This document shows positions 37,126-41,877 of a stretch of 41,877 bases of DNA, piece by piece. This DNA is from Candidatus Woesearchaeota archaeon. GTDB lineage: Archaea > Nanobdellota > Nanobdellia > Pacearchaeales > GW2011-AR1. The stretch lies in NCBI GenBank assembly GCA_964363545.1, contig CAYIIQ010000001.1, positions 4,377 through 46,253 on the forward strand, in the 5' to 3' direction. Within the stretch, counting starts at the first letter, position 1; every line of letters starts with the position of its first letter. Below the pieces are notes generated by a model that had not been told where the DNA came from, searched no databases, and saw only the letters and a program-made list of their open reading frames with translations. Made by a program: the position numbers and the translations under genes.

Positions 37126-37215
37126 TGGGCCTGCGAGGAATTGAACCTCGGATCTCATCCATTTTAACAGATGGTCTGCCGTCAAGGATGCGTCGTGCCA
37201 CTAGACCACAAGCCC
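37126..37215 (-). tRNA. tRNA-Val(GAC) with ~18-nt intron at 37/38
   Basis: The minus strand reads GGGCTTG-TG-GTC-TAGTGGCAC-GAC-G-CATCC-TTGACG-[GCAGACCATCTGTTAAAA]-T-GGATG-AGATC-CGAGG-TTCAATT-CCTCG-CAGGCCC-A. All four stems pair and the anticodon is GAC. Confidence 0.8.
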
Positions 37216-37237
37216 AGAAATTGTAAACTAAAAAGGT

Positions 37238-37256
37238 TATATAAATTTATCTTACA
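37238..37256. promoter_or_regulatory. shared divergent TATA region between tRNA-Val (-) and rpl44e (+)
   Basis: TATATAAATTTATCTTACA. On the minus strand the TATA ends 22 nt upstream of tRNA position 1. The near-palindromic TTATATAA could also serve rpl44e (ATG at 37291). Confidence 0.45.
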
Positions 37257-37290
37257 TCAAATTTAAAAACCTCACTTTTCTCTCACCAAC

Positions 37291-37614
37291 ATGAAAATTC
37301 CAAAAACACTAAACAGATATTGCCCGTATTGCAATAAAAAAACTGAGCATAAAGTCAGTGATGTTAGCTCTGGCCGTAAAAGAGGATCTTTAAAACGAGG
37401 CTCAATTGAAAGGGCAAAAAAAAGAGGATTAGGAAGAGGCTATGGTAATTTGGGAAAATGGGGAAGCAAGCCAGCAGTCACAAAATACAAAAGAAAAGCA
37501 AAATCTACAAAAAAAACAAATATTATGTACACATGTCAAGTCTGCAAAAAATCTCATTACCAAAAAAAAGGAAAAAGAACAGGAAAACTTCAAATTGTAG
37601 AAAAAGGAAAATGA
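37291..37614 (+). CDS. rpl44e: 50S ribosomal protein L44e (eL42)
   Basis: It has the zinc ribbon CPYCNKKTEHKV ... CQVCKK and the basic GKRRYDRKQ-like core (GRKRGSLKRGSIERAKKRGLG). Confidence 0.9.
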   Translation: MKIPKTLNRYCPYCNKKTEHKVSDVSSGRKRGSLKRGSIERAKKRGLGRGYGNLGKWGSKPAVTKYKRKAKSTKKTNIMYTCQVCKKSHYQKKGKRTGKLQIVEKGK

Positions 37615-37641
37615 TAGAAAAAATTGTAAGGAGAAATTAAA

Positions 37642-38169
37642 ATGGTAGAGAAAATAAAATTCATAGAAGTTGAATTGCCGATAGTAAACCACAAAGTTGA
37701 TTTAATTGCAAATAAAATTGAAGAACTTGACAATAGAACAGTAAAACTCGACTTGACGCGAAAATTAAGAGGAAAAAATGTTGAGTTTATTTTCAAGCTT
37801 AAAGTTGAAGATGGAAAATTAATAGTAGACCCATACAGAATTTTCATTTTCAAGTTTTTCATAAGAAGAATAATGAGAAAATCAATTGATTATGTCGAAG
37901 ATTCATTTTCAGCAAATTGCAAAAATGCACAGTTGAAAATTAAAATTTTCCTGATAACGAGAAAAAAAGTTCCAAGAGCTGTAAGAAAAGCTTTAAGAGA
38001 AAAGGCAAAAGAAGAAATAATCTCTGAAATAAATAAACAAACTTACGAAGAATTTTTCGGAGAACTCTTATCAAGCAGGTTCCAGAAAAATTTAAGCCTT
38101 AAACTGAAAAAAATCTATCCTCTTGCTTTCTGTGATATTGTTGATAGTTTTGTTGAAAGAAAAATTTAA
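37642..38169 (+). CDS. rps3ae: 30S ribosomal protein S3Ae (eS1), short form
   Basis: NRTVKLDLTRKLRGKNVEFIFKLKVEDGK..., FIRRIMRKSIDYVE, LKIKIFLITRKKV, and KKIYPLAFCDIV at the C-terminus follow the S3Ae pattern. AAGGAG lies 9 nt upstream of the ATG. Confidence 0.7.
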   Translation: MVEKIKFIEVELPIVNHKVDLIANKIEELDNRTVKLDLTRKLRGKNVEFIFKLKVEDGKLIVDPYRIFIFKFFIRRIMRKSIDYVEDSFSANCKNAQLKIKIFLITRKKVPRAVRKALREKAKEEIISEINKQTYEEFFGELLSSRFQKNLSLKLKKIYPLAFCDIVDSFVERKI

Positions 38170-38177
38170 AACGCGAT

Positions 38178-38957
38178 TTACATCAATTTAAACTCAACCA
38201 TCCATCTGTATTTATAAGGTGCAATTTCTCCTGACTTTCTAACACTTAATATCTTAACCTTCTCATTTCTTTTTTTTGCTTCTTTTTTTATCTTCTCAAT
38301 CATCTCCTCCAAATCTTCATTTTTTCCAAAAACTCTATAAAAGAACTTTCCTCTCTTCGAAACAGACAAAAAAGCTTCTTTCAAAAAATCTTCTTTTAAA
38401 TTTGGGCGAGGCATCACAACAACATCAAATTTTTCTTTTTTGTAAATCTTTATAACTTTCTTAACATCTCCTTTTATAATCTCAACATTATTCAGTTTAT
38501 TCAACTTAATATTTTCTCTCGCATACTTGCAACACTCTTTCCCAATTTCAACCGAAACAATTTTTTTACATCTTGACAATTTAGAAATTACAATCGCATA
38601 AGGTGCAACTCCTCCAAACATTACCAACACCTTATCGTTCATTTTCACTTTTCTTGCAATTACAATTCTCTCATCAGAAAGCCTGGGTGAAAAATAGCAT
38701 TTTTTCACATCAACTTTAAACAAGCATCCAGATTCTTTATGAATTGTTTCAGTTTTCTTAATTCCTGCAAGATGCTTTAATCTCAACTTCCTTAATTTCC
38801 CTTTAATTTTTTCAGTTTTCTCGAAAACAGTTTTTATGCTTCTCATCTCGTGCAGCAACTTACTTGCAACTCTCTTCTTTTCTTCTGCTTTTATTTTCTC
38901 CGGAAATTTTAAAATAGCTATATTTCCAATAACATCATAGCTTTTAGGAAGTTTCAT
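38178..38957 (-). CDS. Trm5/Taw2 (Met-10+)-family SAM-dependent tRNA methyltransferase
   Basis: YDVIGNIAILKFPE, YFSPRLSDERIVIARKV, DKVLVMFGGVAPYAIVISK (SAM-binding loop) and FDVVVMPRP. A TATA-like box lies 21 nt upstream of the ATG. Confidence 0.7.
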   Translation of the reverse strand: MKLPKSYDVIGNIAILKFPEKIKAEEKKRVASKLLHEMRSIKTVFEKTEKIKGKLRKLRLKHLAGIKKTETIHKESGCLFKVDVKKCYFSPRLSDERIVIARKVKMNDKVLVMFGGVAPYAIVISKLSRCKKIVSVEIGKECCKYARENIKLNKLNNVEIIKGDVKKVIKIYKKEKFDVVVMPRPNLKEDFLKEAFLSVSKRGKFFYRVFGKNEDLEEMIEKIKKEAKKRNEKVKILSVRKSGEIAPYKYRWMVEFKLM

Positions 38958-39063
38958 ATTAAAAAAAGTTCTGTTGTATATATAAATTTAAGTTAACACA
39001 TAAGACAATTCAAAGAAAGATTTAAAAACTAAAAAAAACTAATAAAATAATAAAAGAGGAAAA

Positions 39064-39309
39064 ATGGTAAAGATTTTAGGCATCATTCTAGTAATTCTGG
39101 GAGCTTTGTTGTTATCCTGGAATATATCATACAAAACTCAGTTTGAGATTCCTTTTCTATCTGAACAAAGCGACGCTGTTGTTCTAGGAATAGGAGCAGT
39201 TATAGTTATTATAGGAGTTTTCTTTCTAAGATCTGGCAAAAAACGCAAAGAAGTTCCAGTATACGATAGGAAAGGCAAGAAAGTTGTTGGGTATAGAAGG
39301 ACGAAGTAA
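39064..39309 (+). CDS. small 2-TM membrane protein with basic tail
   Basis: Two hydrophobic helices (ILGIILVILGALLLSW; VVLGIGAVIVIIGVFFL) and a K/R-rich C-terminus. Confidence 0.5.
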   Translation: MVKILGIILVILGALLLSWNISYKTQFEIPFLSEQSDAVVLGIGAVIVIIGVFFLRSGKKRKEVPVYDRKGKKVVGYRRTK

Positions 39310-39414
39310 TTACAATCGAAACTAAATTATAGTACAAGTGTAACAAAAAATTATCATCTATAAATTTGTTAAGTGTTAGTTTATTTTAAGTAAACTCTAT
39401 TAATATTAACAATT

Positions 39415-40218
39415 CTAATAATAACTTCTAGAAGGATCAATTTTAAGTTGTTTTGCCAATGTTAACATTTGTCTGCGCGCTGGTTCATATTTCCTTCCTG
39501 ATTCTTCCCATGCCCTCTTAGCTGCAATAAACCTATTAAAAATATCCACCTTGCTTTTATCATCTAAAACTCTCATAGCTTGTGCTGTCTGCATCCTTCC
39601 AAAATAACGATGTATCTGCCTATCAAAAAGTATGTTAACCAAAACCATGGCTATTCCCACACCATAAATCCAACCAAAATCTCCAACTTCAGCTCTTCTT
39701 TTTATCCACAATCCAACAAAAACTATTGCAAAAAATAACCATGCCATTCTCCTTGCAGATCCGCTCTGCAGAGTGAAATGTACAAATAAACCAAATATTA
39801 TTAATGGAAGAAGAACTGCAATTGATATACCCATTCCTCCATAAGGCAATAAAATAGCTCCAACCCAATCTGTTGGCAAGAATCTTACAGAAAGAACAGA
39901 AACTATTAAAGCAACAAGAAACGCAACAGCTCTATTCTCAAAAAGAGATACATGCATTATTGTATTGATTCTTATTAAAAGTGCATAAATCACAACAAAA
40001 AGCAAAACCAGCAACAAAACTAAAGCAAAAAAGTTAGCATCAAACTGGCTTACTCCAAGAACAGCCTCAAAAAAAGGCCCGAAAACATCTCTAAAAATTT
40101 GAATTCCTTCATTAATTGGCCCTCTTATATCAAATGGAAGTTGAGCACCCACTATATCAAGCATGAAAATTAGCATAAATAAGAATAAAAAAACAACAAG
40201 CAATTTTCCTCTTTTCAT
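39415..40218 (-). CDS. signal-peptide-bearing multi-pass membrane protein (paralog family A)
   Basis: Signal MKRGKLLVVFLFLFMLIFMLDIVGA, ~6 TM segments, and a charged helical C-terminal tail. It aligns with the divergent 40370 protein. Confidence 0.6.
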   Translation of the reverse strand: MKRGKLLVVFLFLFMLIFMLDIVGAQLPFDIRGPINEGIQIFRDVFGPFFEAVLGVSQFDANFFALVLLLVLLFVVIYALLIRINTIMHVSLFENRAVAFLVALIVSVLSVRFLPTDWVGAILLPYGGMGISIAVLLPLIIFGLFVHFTLQSGSARRMAWLFFAIVFVGLWIKRRAEVGDFGWIYGVGIAMVLVNILFDRQIHRYFGRMQTAQAMRVLDDKSKVDIFNRFIAAKRAWEESGRKYEPARRQMLTLAKQLKIDPSRSYY

Positions 40219-40369
40219 AATTTAAAGAAAATCCTTGTACTTATAAATATTTCTTTCTCTTTCAACAGAGCATTTCTTTTCTACTCACAAAAATTTACTC
40301 CTAATTTTAGATAAAGAGATTTACTATAAAAAACAAAATATTTATAAAGCTCTTTCATCTCTAACTAAC

Positions 40370-41149
40370 ATGAAAAAAGAGATGAGTAAGATTTTTGTTT
40401 TTGTTGTTTTAGGATTAATTATAGCTTCTTTTTTAGTAGGAGTTGTTGCGGCCCAAACAAGCCGCCCGATTGATATTATAAGAAATCTTTTTCAAGGCTT
40501 TAACACCGAGGACTTTAGATTATATTCCGCACAATTTCTGTTCTTAATGTTAGTTACACTAATAATTTATGCTATATCTAATTTTATACCTTTTTTAGAA
40601 CAAAGTCATCCTGGTTTAAGATTTATGGTTGCTTTAATAATAGGGATCTTATCTACACTATATTTAGCACCTGAAGAAATCTATACAGCTCTACTTGGCT
40701 ATGAAGCTCTCGGAATAGCTTTAACAACGGTTATTCCATTAATTGTTTTACTTACCTTCACTATACAATGGGACACCAGATATCCTGAACATGTTTGGTT
40801 TACTGTAGTAATTTGGGTCGCTTTTCTTGCAGCGTATTTAATTAAATACTATCAACAGTTATTATTATGGCTTACGGGTCAAGAAACACAGATTGGTGGT
40901 TTTGGGTTACTCTTTGTTGCTATTACATTCATAACCAGCATAATCATGATTACTGCAGGAGGTTATGTTTCAAGACTTATATTTAGAAGAAGACTAAAAG
41001 GATTAATCCATAAAGGAGCAATCAGAAGTGATGCTGAAAGAACTGGGTTAATTTCAAGATTAGAACAGCTTAAAGTAGCTAGTCCTGAATTAGCAGCAGA
41101 ATTTGACGAACAAATAAATAAATTAAGACGATTACAATTTAGAACTTAG
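40370..41149 (+). CDS. signal-peptide-bearing multi-pass membrane protein (paralog family A)
   Basis: Signal IFVFVVLGLIIASFLVGVVAA. It shares blocks with the 39415 protein: LIIYAISN vs VVIYALLI, RFMVALIIGILSTLYL vs RAVAFLVALIVSVLSV, and LLGYEALGIALTTVIPLIVL vs LLPYGGMGISIAVLLPLIIF. Confidence 0.6.
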   Translation: MKKEMSKIFVFVVLGLIIASFLVGVVAAQTSRPIDIIRNLFQGFNTEDFRLYSAQFLFLMLVTLIIYAISNFIPFLEQSHPGLRFMVALIIGILSTLYLAPEEIYTALLGYEALGIALTTVIPLIVLLTFTIQWDTRYPEHVWFTVVIWVAFLAAYLIKYYQQLLLWLTGQETQIGGFGLLFVAITFITSIIMITAGGYVSRLIFRRRLKGLIHKGAIRSDAERTGLISRLEQLKVASPELAAEFDEQINKLRRLQFRT

Positions 41150-41234
41150 TTCTCTAACAACACCCATTAAAATTAAAATATATGAAGAAAAATTTATCAA
41201 AAATATTTAAAAACTTCTCCTAACTATCTTACAC

Positions 41235-41877
41235 ATGAAAAAAATAGGCGTCTTAGTTTTTATATCTTTTTTGTTATTACAGTTAACTCTACAATTTTCT
41301 CTCGCACAAGAAACTCCTATCCAACAACTCCCAGAAGGCTCTGAGGACATAGCAGAAAAAATAGCAAAACCAGAAGAATTTCTTAATGAAACAAAATGGG
41401 ACTATCTTGGAAAAGAATGGAAAAATATTTTGTTAAAAAATAAAGTTATTGCCTTAATTGATTCATTCTTCAAAAAAATAAGCATTGTTTTTAGAGCTCT
41501 CTTCGGCATGCCCTACTCTCTCTCAATGACATTATTTTTCGTTATCATCTTATGGCTTTTTGTTTTTATTTTTATAGGTAATTTATTTAGCAAATCTGGT
41601 ATTGTTAAAACTTTTCCGGCTTATTTAATCGGACTTGCTCCTGCCGTAATTATAAGCCAACTCCAAATTTTAAATAAAATTGTTGTTGCGACAGGAACTT
41701 TCATAGTTTCAAGAGAAGCAAAATGGGCAAGAATTGTTCTGACAGTTGTTGCAATTTTAGTTCTTATTTTGCTTTTTGCCATTTCAAAAACTTTATCAAA
41801 ATATTTAGAAAAGCAAAGAAAAGTAGGAAAAGAAAAAGAAGCTGAACATGCACAAGAAAAAATTGTAAGATTTGAAA
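41235..41877 (+). CDS. signal-peptide-bearing multi-pass membrane protein, 3' end outside window (not in ORF track)
   Basis: My own translation from the ATG at 41235 has no stop to the window edge. It reads MKKIGVLVFISFLLLQLTLQFSLAQETP...MTLFFVIILWLFVFIFIG...ARIVLTVVAILVLILLFAI...KEKEAEHAQEKIV. A TATA-like box lies 21 nt upstream. Confidence 0.6.
   Translation, partial: MKKIGVLVFISFLLLQLTLQFSLAQETPIQQLPEGSEDIAEKIAKPEEFLNETKWDYLGKEWKNILLKNKVIALIDSFFKKISIVFRALFGMPYSLSMTLFFVIILWLFVFIFIGNLFSKSGIVKTFPAYLIGLAPAVIISQLQILNKIVVATGTFIVSREAKWARIVLTVVAILVLILLFAISKTLSKYLEKQRKVGKEKEAEHAQEKIVRFE

Noticed and set aside
36908-37290. Integrated mobile element at tRNA-Val
   Set aside because: Only a 10-nt duplicate of the tRNA 3' end lies 58 nt away. 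No integrase, transposase or foreign-looking cargo lies between or next to the repeats. I kept it only as a low-interest scar hypothesis.
1-41877. Bacterial (e.g. CPR) origin of the contig, suggested by the SpoIIE, patatin, lipobox and beta-barrel-like genes, and alternative genetic code
   Set aside because: L44e, S3Ae, Trm5-type methyltransferase, 37/38 tRNA introns and TATA-spaced leaderless starts argue for an archaeon. Long uninterrupted ORFs with all three stop codons used as terminators give no hint of stop-codon recoding.

Overview
This is an AT-rich, densely coding archaeal fragment. Archaeal identity rests on ribosomal proteins L44e (eL42) and S3Ae (eS1), a Trm5/Taw2-type methyltransferase, and two tRNA genes with canonical 37/38 introns. 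TATA-like boxes also sit a near-constant 21-24 nt upstream of first-gene start codons, implying leaderless mRNAs, while internal operon genes carry GGAG-type ribosome-binding sites. Small genes, many orphan membrane proteins and giant surface proteins suggest a DPANN-like, host-associated lifestyle; this is inference only. Housekeeping genes: tmk (partial), tRNA-Ser(GGA), msrB, thioredoxin, a PC4-like protein, DUF1059, a Nip7/PUA-like protein, a NOL1/NOP2/Sun m5C methyltransferase, tRNA-Val(GAC), rpl44e, rps3ae and trm5-like. Accessory content: (1) two toxin-antitoxin pairs (wHTH-MNT/HEPN and RelE/antitoxin). (2) An 11-kb surface-protein island at 7437-18686. It has a small wHTH gene translationally coupled to two giant sequon-rich repeat proteins, and a third secreted protein shares one ~150-aa module with them. 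Long near-identical DNA tracts indicate ongoing gene conversion. (3) A block at 19569-28268 with a B12-radical SAM enzyme, an HExxH protein and a membrane-anchored PaaK-like adenylating enzyme. The ligase's 2-TM tail is duplicated as a stand-alone gene on the other side of a lipobox protein. The block also holds a SpoIIE/PP2C phosphatase and a patatin-like lipase. (4) A minus-strand module at 29326-37058: an untracked 31-aa pilin-signal-like micro-ORF, a 619-aa protein with a class III (type IV pilin-like) signal, and a 1897-aa cysteine-rich giant with no recognisable domains. I consider this the best candidate for an undescribed cell-surface system. (5) A family of paralogous multi-pass membrane proteins at the right end. 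I found no CRISPR array, rRNA, transposase or integrase.
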